Below are positions 36,030 through 44,416 of a stretch of DNA of 64,000 nt, one piece after another; the first letter of the stretch is position 1; each line of letters begins with the position of its first letter. Source of the stretch: an uncultured Eggerthellaceae bacterium (GTDB lineage Bacteria > Actinomycetota > Coriobacteriia > Coriobacteriales > Eggerthellaceae); NCBI GenBank assembly GCA_903789375.1, contig CAIFEB010000004.1, forward strand, positions 65,289-129,288, read 5' to 3'. The position numbers and the translations under genes are program-made. Under the pieces are notes generated by a model, which saw only the letters and a list, made by a program, of their open reading frames with translations, did no database searches and had not been told where the DNA came from.

Positions 36030-36413
36030 CTAGCCCTTGTAGTTTTTCAGCTGCTCCTCGAAACGAAGCTTGAGCTCGTCGGACGTCATGTTGGCATCCT
36101 TTGCCGCCTCCATCAGCTCGTTTAAGATCAGGTCGACGGGCGATTCCGGAAGATCCATGGTCTCGGGGGACACCTCCGCTACGTACGACCGCCGACCGCG
36201 GCTGCTCACGATCAACCCGTCCAGCTCCAAGTCCTGGTAGACCTTGTGGACAGTGTTGTAGTTGATGCCCAGCTTGTTTGCCAGCTCGCGCACCGTCGGC
36301 AGGACGTCTCCTGCCTTCAGTTTGCCCGACTTGATCAGAAACACCAGATGGTTGCGCACTTGCACCCAGACAGGGACACCCGAATGCTCGTCTATGCTGA
36401 ATGTATCGACCAT
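36030..36413 (-). CDS. GntR-family (YtrA-like) transcriptional regulator
   Basis: wHTH motif: VPVWVQVRNHLVFLIKSGKLKAGDVLPTVRELANKLGINYNTVHKVYQDL. Start at MVDTFS; the track ORF extends to 36476. Confidence 0.75.
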   Translation of the reverse strand: MVDTFSIDEHSGVPVWVQVRNHLVFLIKSGKLKAGDVLPTVRELANKLGINYNTVHKVYQDLELDGLIVSSRGRRSYVAEVSPETMDLPESPVDLILNELMEAAKDANMTSDELKLRFEEQLKNYKG

Positions 36414-36441
36414 GCGCCTTCCACTTCGTTTGCGGGTCTCT

Positions 36442-36463
36442 GTATCATACAGGTACATGATAC
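36442..36463. promoter_or_regulatory. GTATCAT-N8-ATGATAC palindrome upstream of the GntR gene (candidate auto-operator)
   Basis: Perfect 7-bp arms. Shares the TATGATAC half-site with 33256-33282 and 33443. Confidence 0.45.
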
Positions 36464-36483
36464 TCGCGGCAACCACCTACGAG

Positions 36484-36565
36484 CATGAGACACTTTGCCT
36501 GGCATTTCGTCTCATTGTGGAGATGTCTCCACAATGAGACGAAATGCCAGGCAAAGTGTCTCATG
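36484..36565. repeat. 82-bp perfect palindromic repeat element, copy 2 (40-bp arms)
   Basis: catgagacactttgcctggcatttcgtctcattgtggaga-tg-tctccacaatgagacgaaatgccaggcaaagtgtctcatg. Differs from copy 1 at two positions per arm, mirrored on both arms. Confidence 0.85.
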
Positions 36566-36585
36566 CCGTATGCGCCCCTGGCGGC

Positions 36586-37668
36586 TTATTTCGGCGTCAG
36601 CGTCGCCTTTCCGTTTCCGAAGAAGCCAGCTCCCGCCTCGTTGGCGTAGATGGTCCTTCCCGACGACGTCGTTCCCAGCACTTTCGTGTAGGAGGGTGCC
36701 GAACCTACGTAGACGGTAGCAGCACCGTTGGCGTTCTGTCCGAATCGGCCCATGAATTCCCACGTGGTGCTGTTCTTCTGCTGGACCGACCAAAGACCGT
36801 CCCAGCTGTCGGGAACGTCGACGGTGAAGTAGTCGCACTCGAAGTCGACGGCAGCTGCCCGGGCCACCTCTTCAGCGGCCTGTTGGCGAGCGGTCTCCTC
36901 CTCGGCAGCCTTCTGCGCTGCATCCGCTTCGGCTTTGGAAGTTGCCTCGTCGCGCACCGCGGTCGCCTTGTCCTTGGCGGATGCCACGGTTGCGCTTTCC
37001 ACGCCCGCAGCGGCAAGAGCGTCCGTCGCTGCGGAAATCTGATCATCGGTTACCTTGGATTCGTCCACCGTCTGATACTGGAAATTGGCCTCCGACGCAT
37101 CGAGCGTCGCATCAACCGCAGAATCCTTACCGACGGTAATCCCAAACGACATGCCCTGAGAAGCAAGGTAGGAACCGTCACCTGCGATGACGTCCGCCGC
37201 AGGCGCCACTTGGTAGCTACCGGGCGCAAGCGAAAGCCCCGTCCCCTCCGGCGTAACGGCGACGACTTTGCTCACGGCAGCGCCGCCCTCCTCCGTTCCC
37301 TCGACCGACAACGGGATCAGGACCCCGTCCGCAGAAGCTCCTTCCGGCAAGGTTACCGCGACGGCAATCGCGCGTTGCCCGTGGGCCTTCTGGTCGGATG
37401 CGTGCTGCGTCCACAGGACGGTGCAAAGGACGCAGACCGCCGCGACGATTGCCACGATCGCGGCAATCACCCAAAGCTTATCGCCGGAAGACTTCGCCTT
37501 CGCGACGGGGAAAGCCGGCTGGCTCGAAACGGGCACGCTTGCGCGCCTTTTCGCTCGAGCAGGCGTAACAGTGGAATAACCGTTCTCGTTCTGCGGAGAT
37601 GGGTTTCCGCACGAGGGACAGAATGCTGCACCGGAGGGAACTTGCTTTCCGCAAAAGGGACACTTCAT
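36586..37668 (-). CDS. Zinc-ribbon (CPxCG) N-terminus, single TM, and Ala/Glu-rich extracytoplasmic domain protein
   Basis: MKCPFCGKQVPSGAAFCPSCGNP..., then a TM helix LWVIAAIVAIVAAVCVLCTVLW, then a ~280-aa domain. The long ORF N-terminus upstream of 37668 looks non-coding. Confidence 0.6.
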   Translation of the reverse strand: MKCPFCGKQVPSGAAFCPSCGNPSPQNENGYSTVTPARAKRRASVPVSSQPAFPVAKAKSSGDKLWVIAAIVAIVAAVCVLCTVLWTQHASDQKAHGQRAIAVAVTLPEGASADGVLIPLSVEGTEEGGAAVSKVVAVTPEGTGLSLAPGSYQVAPAADVIAGDGSYLASQGMSFGITVGKDSAVDATLDASEANFQYQTVDESKVTDDQISAATDALAAAGVESATVASAKDKATAVRDEATSKAEADAAQKAAEEETARQQAAEEVARAAAVDFECDYFTVDVPDSWDGLWSVQQKNSTTWEFMGRFGQNANGAATVYVGSAPSYTKVLGTTSSGRTIYANEAGAGFFGNGKATLTPK

Positions 37669-37754
37669 AAACGAATTACCTTCCAAAAAATCAAGCAAAA
37701 AAATGCCGGGATGCCACGGCAATGAAATGTTGCGCGCACAAACACAGCAGCCGA

Positions 37755-39362
37755 CATGATACACGAAACAGGGCAACCCGACCGGAAAGAGCACGGCTGC
37801 CGCGCATCCCGCCGCTACCGCCTCCGTTCCACCGTTCGAGCGCAAGCCGCAACGGCAGAACGGATATCTTCCCTGCTCATAAGCCTGCGACCGATGGGGA
37901 TGCCCGCCGTTTCCTCGATGGCGTCCGTCACTTCCGTCCGGTAGTTGAACACATACCAGTTCTCGTCCAGGTAGGCCCCCTCCAAAGCAAGCAGCGCATC
38001 GGCGACCTGCGCCGCGTTGTAGCGCCAGCCCATGTCGCGACGGAGAACGCGCAGAGCGAAGAAGGCGGCGTAGCATATGGCGAAATGGGCTTTCATGTGA
38101 ATGCGGGCGTCCACCTCGTAGGGCATGGCGATGAAATCCGCCGGGATGACCTGGAAGGGCTCGTGGACGCGCCAAAGCTCGCGGTAAACGTTGAAGACGG
38201 CGGCGTCCGACCGCGCCGTCTCGTTGGAGACGATGCAAAAGACCTGCGAGGCGCCCGCTCCCGTCGCCCTGAAGGCGATCTGCTTGACCGCCGTCGGTCG
38301 CGCAGCCTCGCTCATGCCCGCACACTCACCCTCTCCGAAAAGGTCTCCGGCCAATACCGAGCGGGATTTGATCCGATAGCTCCCACTGCGAGCCATCGCG
38401 TACCCCGTCTCGTCGCGCGCCCACGAACCCGCTTCGACCGACATCGCATCCGCCGGCTGCAGAAAGACGAACCCGTCCCCTTGGGCGCAAACCGCATCCA
38501 TGAGCCAGGATGCCTGGGGAACCGTCGTCGCGACCAAAGTCACATGCCGCGCATCGAATTCCGCCTTCACGTCCTGAACCAAGTCCGCCACCTGGGCTGC
38601 CATCATTTCGCGCGGCACGATCCGATACGCCAGGGGAATCCCGTCGGCATCGATCGCCAGGCACAGACGTCCCCACTCCCCCGCGGCCATCTCATCGGGC
38701 CCTCCGGCGGATATCGTCTGCGACCAAGGGAAGGTGTAGTTGCTCAGAACCACGCGCACGTCAGACAGGGCACGATCTCCCCGCAGCTGCTCGTACCGGC
38801 GGTTGAGCTGGTCCACAAGGATGCGGTCGCCTTCCGCAAACCGCTCGAACGCCCGATAGACCGCCTCGTAAGAATCGCCGCAGGCCCGCGGGAATTTGGC
38901 GCGGTTATTCCAGGTTTCGCGCACGGGCACGGCGTGCATCATGCGCGCGGCGACCACCAGGTCGAAAATCCGCCCTGCATCGCCTTTGAACAGGGAGCTG
39001 CACCCGAACGCGTCCAGATAGCCCAAGGCGACGACGGCCCCCAAGGACACGGCGTTCGGCGTGTCGGACGAGATGACCGCGTTGCGGGCGATGGTCAGGT
39101 GCACCGGCTCGTCGCGCTCGTGCGCCCGCCGATTCATCTGGTCCACGACGGCGCGAAAGTGGGCGATAGGGTCGTCGTACCTGGTCGCGAGCTCGTCGAC
39201 ATATCCCAAAGACTCCACGGTCTTGGATTTGACCTTCCCCTGCGCCCGAAAGTTCTGCGCGATCGACAGGTACACCCGCCCGTTCTTCTTGCTCTGCTTC
39301 AGGTACACGGTTTCCCCCCTTCCTTGAAAATGAGACAGTGTCCCGTAGCTGTTTGTCTCATG
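37755..39362 (-). mobile_element. IS1634-family (IS4 superfamily) insertion sequence, ~1.6 kb, with imperfect terminal inverted repeats; ends approximate
   Basis: Contains transposase 37815..39308. Left end reads catgatacacgaaacag and right end (reverse complement) reads catgagacaaacagc, matching 15 of 17. No target-site duplication is evident. Confidence 0.55.
37815..39308 (-). CDS. IS1634-family transposase (DDE)
   Basis: Characteristic N-terminus MYLKQSKKNGRVYLSIAQNFRAQGKVKSKTVESLGYVDELATRYDDPIAHF. GTG start with RBS AAGGAAGGGGGG. Confidence 0.7.
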   Translation of the reverse strand: MYLKQSKKNGRVYLSIAQNFRAQGKVKSKTVESLGYVDELATRYDDPIAHFRAVVDQMNRRAHERDEPVHLTIARNAVISSDTPNAVSLGAVVALGYLDAFGCSSLFKGDAGRIFDLVVAARMMHAVPVRETWNNRAKFPRACGDSYEAVYRAFERFAEGDRILVDQLNRRYEQLRGDRALSDVRVVLSNYTFPWSQTISAGGPDEMAAGEWGRLCLAIDADGIPLAYRIVPREMMAAQVADLVQDVKAEFDARHVTLVATTVPQASWLMDAVCAQGDGFVFLQPADAMSVEAGSWARDETGYAMARSGSYRIKSRSVLAGDLFGEGECAGMSEAARPTAVKQIAFRATGAGASQVFCIVSNETARSDAAVFNVYRELWRVHEPFQVIPADFIAMPYEVDARIHMKAHFAICYAAFFALRVLRRDMGWRYNAAQVADALLALEGAYLDENWYVFNYRTEVTDAIEETAGIPIGRRLMSREDIRSAVAACARTVERRR

Positions 39363-39475
39363 TTTCCCTACGTTTCCCTACAATTTACTATATTTCTCGA
39401 GTTCGCCTCCGCTCTTCCCTACCATGAACGCCAGTGTTCTCATCCTCAAGCGAAAGGAAACCCGTGGAAATCACG

Positions 39476-39856
39476 ATGCTGGCCGGCAAAATCCACCGTG
39501 CGACGGTGACCCAGGCCGCGCTCGACTACGTCGGCTCTATCACCATCGACGAGGACCTGATGGACGCGGCGCACATCAGGGAGTACCAACGCGTCGAAAT
39601 CGCCGACGTCGACAACGGCGAGCGCCTGGCGACCTACGTCATCGCAGGCCAGCGCGGATCGGGAACCGTCTGCCTTAACGGCGCCGCCGCCCGGTGCGCC
39701 CAGTGCGGCGACAAGGTCATCATCATGGCCTACGCCCAGTTCACGCCCGAGGAAGCATCCCAGCACAAGCCCGCCGTCGTCTTTGTGGACGACGGTAACC
39801 GCCCCATCCGCATCACCTCCTACGAAAAGCACGGCCGCTTGGAGGACATGGACTAA
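39476..39856 (+). CDS. panD: Aspartate 1-decarboxylase
   Basis: [25 protein letters not shown]... (pyruvoyl Gly-Ser site). Alternative GTG start at 39464. Confidence 0.85.
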   Translation: MLAGKIHRATVTQAALDYVGSITIDEDLMDAAHIREYQRVEIADVDNGERLATYVIAGQRGSGTVCLNGAAARCAQCGDKVIIMAYAQFTPEEASQHKPAVVFVDDGNRPIRITSYEKHGRLEDMD

Positions 39857-39925
39857 CAGCCATCCTCCAACGGCACCCCCATCGCAAGCGCACCGTCATC
39901 ACCATTCGACCCAAAAGGAGTCCCC

Positions 39926-40774
39926 ATGCAAATCGCCACCACCGTCGCAGAAGCCAAACACATCACCCGCGCCTGGAAGCGCGAAGGACAAACAATCGGC
40001 CTTGTCCCCACCATGGGCTACCTGCACGAAGGCCACGCGAGCCTAATCGAGCGCGCCCGCCGGGAAAACGACCGCGTGGTCGTCTCGGTTTTCCTGAACC
40101 CTATCCAGTTCGCCCCTACCGAGGACTTGGACCGCTATCCCCGCGACTTCGACCGCGATTGCAAGCTGTGCGAAGAAATCGGCGCCGACCTGGTCTTTCA
40201 CCCCGATCCTGCGGAGATGTACCACGATCCCCACGCGTACGTGAACATCGACCTTCTCTCCGACACCATGGACGGCGCTGCCCGCCCCATCCACTTCAAG
40301 GGCGTTTGCACCGTCGTCTCCAAGCTCTTCAACATCACCCAGCCCGATAACGCCTACTTCGGTCAGAAGGACGCCCAGCAACTGGCCATCGTGAAGAAGT
40401 TCGTAGAAGACCTCAACTTCGACGTCAAAGTGAACGGCTGCCCCATCGTCCGCGAGCCCGACGGCCTTGCCAAGAGCAGCCGCAACACCTACCTGTCGCC
40501 GGAGGAGCGCGCCGCAGCGCCCGTCCTCTTCCGCGCCGTTCAGCGCGGGCGGGAAATCATCGCACCCAACATGAAGGCATCCGAGCTGGAAGCCCAGATG
40601 AAGGCCGTGCTTGCCGAAGAGCCCCTTGCCGACACCGAATACGTGACCGCCGTGGACGCACTCACCATGCAGCCGGTCGAGACCATCGACCGCAACGTCT
40701 TGGTGGCCATGGCCGTCCGCATCGGGACGACCCGCCTGATCGACAACTTCAGCTACGAGCTTCCGCGCGCCTAA
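39926..40774 (+). CDS. panC: Pantoate--beta-alanine ligase (pantothenate synthetase)
   Basis: ...GLVPTMGYLHEGHASLI... HIGH-like motif and overall PanC length. Confidence 0.9.
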   Translation: MQIATTVAEAKHITRAWKREGQTIGLVPTMGYLHEGHASLIERARRENDRVVVSVFLNPIQFAPTEDLDRYPRDFDRDCKLCEEIGADLVFHPDPAEMYHDPHAYVNIDLLSDTMDGAARPIHFKGVCTVVSKLFNITQPDNAYFGQKDAQQLAIVKKFVEDLNFDVKVNGCPIVREPDGLAKSSRNTYLSPEERAAAPVLFRAVQRGREIIAPNMKASELEAQMKAVLAEEPLADTEYVTAVDALTMQPVETIDRNVLVAMAVRIGTTRLIDNFSYELPRA

Positions 40775-40803
40775 CCGCCGGCGCCAACCCTGAGAGGACT
40801 TCC

Positions 40804-41775
40804 GTGAAAACCATCGCAAACCTGGGGAATCTGCTGACGCGTTTCGTCGCCGTCATTATCATTCTCTTCTCGCTCTGGGCCTTTGCCACGCCCTCCGTCT
40901 TCGCCTGGACCACCCGGTACACCTCGATTTTCCTGGGTGTCATCATGTTCGGGATGGGGCTTACCATCAAGCCCGCCGATTTCCGCGTGGTTTTCACCCA
41001 CCCCAAAGAGGTCCTGATCGGCGCCGTCTGCCAGTACACGATCATGCCGCTTTCCGCCTGGCTCCTTGCCACGGTGCTGCAGCTGCCGACCGACATCGCC
41101 CTGGGCGTCATCCTGGTGGGCTGCTGCCCGGGCGGAACGGCGTCCAACGTCATCACCTACATCGCCCGCGGCGACGTGCCCCTGTCCGTGGGGATGACCA
41201 TCGTGTCGACTCTGATAGCACCCCTGGTCACGCCCGCATTGGTCTACCTAATCGCCGGCGCCTGGGTGCAGGTGTCCTTCATCGCCATGCTGAAATCGGT
41301 GGTGGAGGTGGTCCTTCTGCCCGTGGTCTGCGGCATCGGAGTGAACGCTTTCGCCTCGCAGGCGATACGGAAGATCACACCGATTCTCCCGCTGATCAGC
41401 GTCTTCGCCATCGCCCTCATCGTTGCCGGCATCACGGCCAACAACACGCAGAAGATCATCGAGAGCGGCGTTTTGGTGCTCGCGGTCGTGATCCTGCACA
41501 ACGCCATCGGGATGGCCTGCGGATACGGCGTCGCGCGCCTGTTCAAGCTGAACTACGCGAAAACGACTGCCGTCGCCATCGAGGTGGGCATGCAGAACTC
41601 CGGCCTCGCCGTGACCCTTGCCGCCGCCAATTTCGCGGCGAACCCCCTGGCCACGCTCCCGGGCGCGATCTTCAGCGTCTGGCACAACATCGCCGGCTCC
41701 CTCTTCGCCAGCGTCCGCAGCAAACGCGCCCTGGACGAGGGCGCGGCGCCTGCGCCCAGCCCCGATGCCGCTTAA
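40804..41775 (+). CDS. Bile acid:sodium symporter (BASS) family transporter
   Basis: 323 aa with ~9 TM helices and BASS-like motifs (GCCPGGTASNVITY). GTG start with RBS AGAGGA. Confidence 0.75.
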   Translation: MKTIANLGNLLTRFVAVIIILFSLWAFATPSVFAWTTRYTSIFLGVIMFGMGLTIKPADFRVVFTHPKEVLIGAVCQYTIMPLSAWLLATVLQLPTDIALGVILVGCCPGGTASNVITYIARGDVPLSVGMTIVSTLIAPLVTPALVYLIAGAWVQVSFIAMLKSVVEVVLLPVVCGIGVNAFASQAIRKITPILPLISVFAIALIVAGITANNTQKIIESGVLVLAVVILHNAIGMACGYGVARLFKLNYAKTTAVAIEVGMQNSGLAVTLAAANFAANPLATLPGAIFSVWHNIAGSLFASVRSKRALDEGAAPAPSPDAA

Positions 41776-41801
41776 TTGTGGAGGCGTCAGGCAGTCTGGA
41801 T

Positions 41802-41835
41802 CATTGTGGGGGCTGACAGCTCAGCCCCCACAATG
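41802..41835. terminator. Perfect 15-bp-stem hairpin cattgtgggggctga-cagc-tcagcccccacaatg between convergent genes
   Basis: Read directly. No strong U-tract. Shares the CATTGTGG...CCACAATG outer motif with the 72/82-bp palindromic elements. Confidence 0.4.
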
Positions 41836-42135
41836 CGGTGACTGCTCTGTTGCGCTAGTTGCCCAGCTCGTCGGACGATGCGGGCGCTCCCTTCTCGTCA
41901 GCGGCAGACGCTCCTTGCGCTTGCGCCTCCAAACCCTCGTCCGAACCGTCCTGCTTTGCCGCGGGCTCTTCCGCGCCGCCCTTGCCCTTGCCAACCGGCT
42001 TGAGCGACGGCAGTCGACCTGCCGTCATTCCCCTGCTGATTCCGTGCATGAACATGATGCGCCTCCCTATGGAGCCCCACCTACCGGAGCGCAACGCGGG
42101 CCGCGCCCAACAGCACGCAACCCGTAAACGCTTTC

Positions 42136-43797
42136 CTACTTTTTCTCGTACACGACCTTGCCAGCCAGAATAGTCTTCTCCACCTGGGCATCCCGGATGT
42201 CTTCGGGGTTGCCCGTCAAGAATTCCCGGTCCACGATGACCAGGTCGGCGTAGTTGCCGACTTCGACGGATCCCATATGGTCGTCGTCGTGGCTGAAGTA
42301 GGCGGAGTTCTTCGTCCACATGATCAATGCCTGCTCGGGCGTGACCTTGCATTCCTCGCCTAGCACGTTTCCGCTCGTCTCATCCAAGCGCGTCACGGCG
42401 TAGTACATGCCGGTGAGCGGGTTGGGCGTTACCACCGGGCAATCGGAGCTGCCGCCGCAGATGATCCCGTTCTTGAACATCAGGCCAGCGCCCTGGTTAA
42501 CACGTGCCTGGTCATCGTAGAGGCCGGGGGCTTCGCCCAGTGTGGAGGCGATGGTCGGCTGCATCGTCACGTTGATGTTGAGCTTTTTCATGCGGTCCCA
42601 CTGGTCCTCTTGCGGCAGGACGTAGTGAATCAGATAGTCGCGCTTGTCAGCAATGGGCTTTTGCCGGTCGGCCGCCTCGAACGCCTCGATCGCCATGTCG
42701 GCGGCGCGGTCGCCGGTGACGTGGATGCCGAACTGCCAGTTCTTCTCGTTGGCCTTGCAGACGAAGGCCGTGATCTCGTCCTGCGTCCAGATGCTGGGGC
42801 CCGTCGTCGTCGGATCCAGCTTGTAGGGCCGGCGCATCGCGGCGGTGAACATCGAGGGAACGCCGTCGAGCGTCACCTTGATGGCGTTGATCTTGACGAA
42901 GGGGTTGCCGAAACCGGTGACGTATTCGGCTTCCTCGAGCCTGCGCAGGTGGAAGGCCGCGTCGCCACGCGCGGAATCCAGATAGTACATAAGGTTCGCG
43001 CGGAATTTCAGCGCGTGTCGCTGGTAGGCCAGCCCGTAGGCGCGCACCTGGTCGTCGGACATGTTCGCGTCAATCGCGCTCGTAATGCCCATCGAGGCCA
43101 ATGCGTCGCCCGCGACCACGAGCGCTTCCACACGGTCGTCGTCCGATTTTTCCGGGATGACCCGTTGAACCAGGTCCATGGCGGAATTCTCGTAGAGCAC
43201 GCCATTGGGCCGCCCGTCGGGGAACCGGCCGATCGTGCCTCCCTCGGGATCGGGCGTTTGCGCCGTGATACCCGCCAGGCGCAGGGCTTCGGAGTTGGCG
43301 AATGCCGTGTGGTACGTGGTGCCCATGAGGAAAGCCGGGTGCCCACTGGTTACGGCGTCGAGTTCGTCGCAGGTGATGAGCGTCTTGTCGTCCCAGGCCA
43401 GGTGGTTCCAGCTGTTACCGAGGACCCACTTGCCCGGCGCCAGCTTCTTGGCGTACGCCGCGACTTTTTCGAAGACCTCGGCGCGATGCTCGATCCCGCC
43501 CAGGTCAAGCTCGAGCAAACCGTTGCCGTAGAAGGTCACATGGATGTGGCTGTCGCAGAAGCCGGGCGCTACGACCTTGCCCGTCGCATCCATGACGGTG
43601 GTGTGTTCGCCCTGATAACGCCTCATTTCGTCCGCCGAGCCAACGGCGATGATCGTGCCGTCCTTGATGGCGATGCCTCCGTCGCGGATGATGGGGAAAT
43701 CGGATTTCCCCTGCTTGACCTCGTCGCAGGTGATTGCGACCGTATAGATGGTCCCATGCAGAATAACGGTGTCTGCCTCCGGATACCAGGTATACAT
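42136..43797 (-). CDS. Metal-dependent amidohydrolase (YtcJ-like, amidohydrolase_3 family)
   Basis: MYTWYPEADTVILHGTIYTV...GFCDSHIHV... Strong RBS GAGGAGGG precedes ATG 43797. Confidence 0.75.
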   Translation of the reverse strand: MYTWYPEADTVILHGTIYTVAITCDEVKQGKSDFPIIRDGGIAIKDGTIIAVGSADEMRRYQGEHTTVMDATGKVVAPGFCDSHIHVTFYGNGLLELDLGGIEHRAEVFEKVAAYAKKLAPGKWVLGNSWNHLAWDDKTLITCDELDAVTSGHPAFLMGTTYHTAFANSEALRLAGITAQTPDPEGGTIGRFPDGRPNGVLYENSAMDLVQRVIPEKSDDDRVEALVVAGDALASMGITSAIDANMSDDQVRAYGLAYQRHALKFRANLMYYLDSARGDAAFHLRRLEEAEYVTGFGNPFVKINAIKVTLDGVPSMFTAAMRRPYKLDPTTTGPSIWTQDEITAFVCKANEKNWQFGIHVTGDRAADMAIEAFEAADRQKPIADKRDYLIHYVLPQEDQWDRMKKLNINVTMQPTIASTLGEAPGLYDDQARVNQGAGLMFKNGIICGGSSDCPVVTPNPLTGMYYAVTRLDETSGNVLGEECKVTPEQALIMWTKNSAYFSHDDDHMGSVEVGNYADLVIVDREFLTGNPEDIRDAQVEKTILAGKVVYEKK

Positions 43798-44416
43798 AAG
43801 TATGTCCCTCCTCAGTTCGAATGGGCCCCGTTCGCTTTCGACGGCAGCCCCCGAGGCGACCGGGAAGCCACAGGACGATTCGACTCTTCGGATTCCATGG
43901 AGCCGGATGCCGCCTCCCCCTTGGCATCCGACAACGCGCCATCCGCCGCGCTGCAAAAAAAAACGGCCAGACAAGACGTTCATCTTGTCTGGCCGTCGAT
44001 TGCAGCAATCGAGTCCCGTGATCCGAAGGGCGTAATCCCTGATGCAAGCCCTTCTTGCCCGGCGCCCTAAAGGGCACCACCGATGTAACTAGGAGTATAG
44101 AAGTCTCCGAGAACGACCGTCAACGAAAAACAACTGGATTTCGGTACCGCTCGCTTGGCCGATGACCTGTCAAGGGCGACAAAGGAGTCGGACAAAGGGC
44201 TACGACCCCTTTGTCACCTCTCGCCAACCCAAGCACCCCGCTCCCGTATCAAAATCTCACTCCGTTTCTTCTGAGGAATCCCGGCGGGGCGCAGCACGGA
44301 CCGCGCGCATGCTTTACCATAACGACCGTATCAAATCGATTCCGCGGTTATGCCTTCGGCATCTGCGGCAGTTCAAAACGCAGCGCCTTTCGCGCCGCAA
44401 ACAGGAGAGGAAACCC

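Noticed and set aside
36586-38325. Full 579-aa ORF for the zinc-ribbon protein
   Set aside because: The upstream 220 codons overlap the transposase region and are junk-like. A start at MKCPFCGK (37668) fits the zinc-ribbon architecture.
37722-39509. 595-aa plus-strand ORF
   Set aside because: Antisense to the IS1634 transposase.
44080-44416. T-box riboswitch upstream of thrS
   Set aside because: Only a partial GGTACCGC match. No specifier-loop, T-box core or terminator/antiterminator architecture could be identified by eye.
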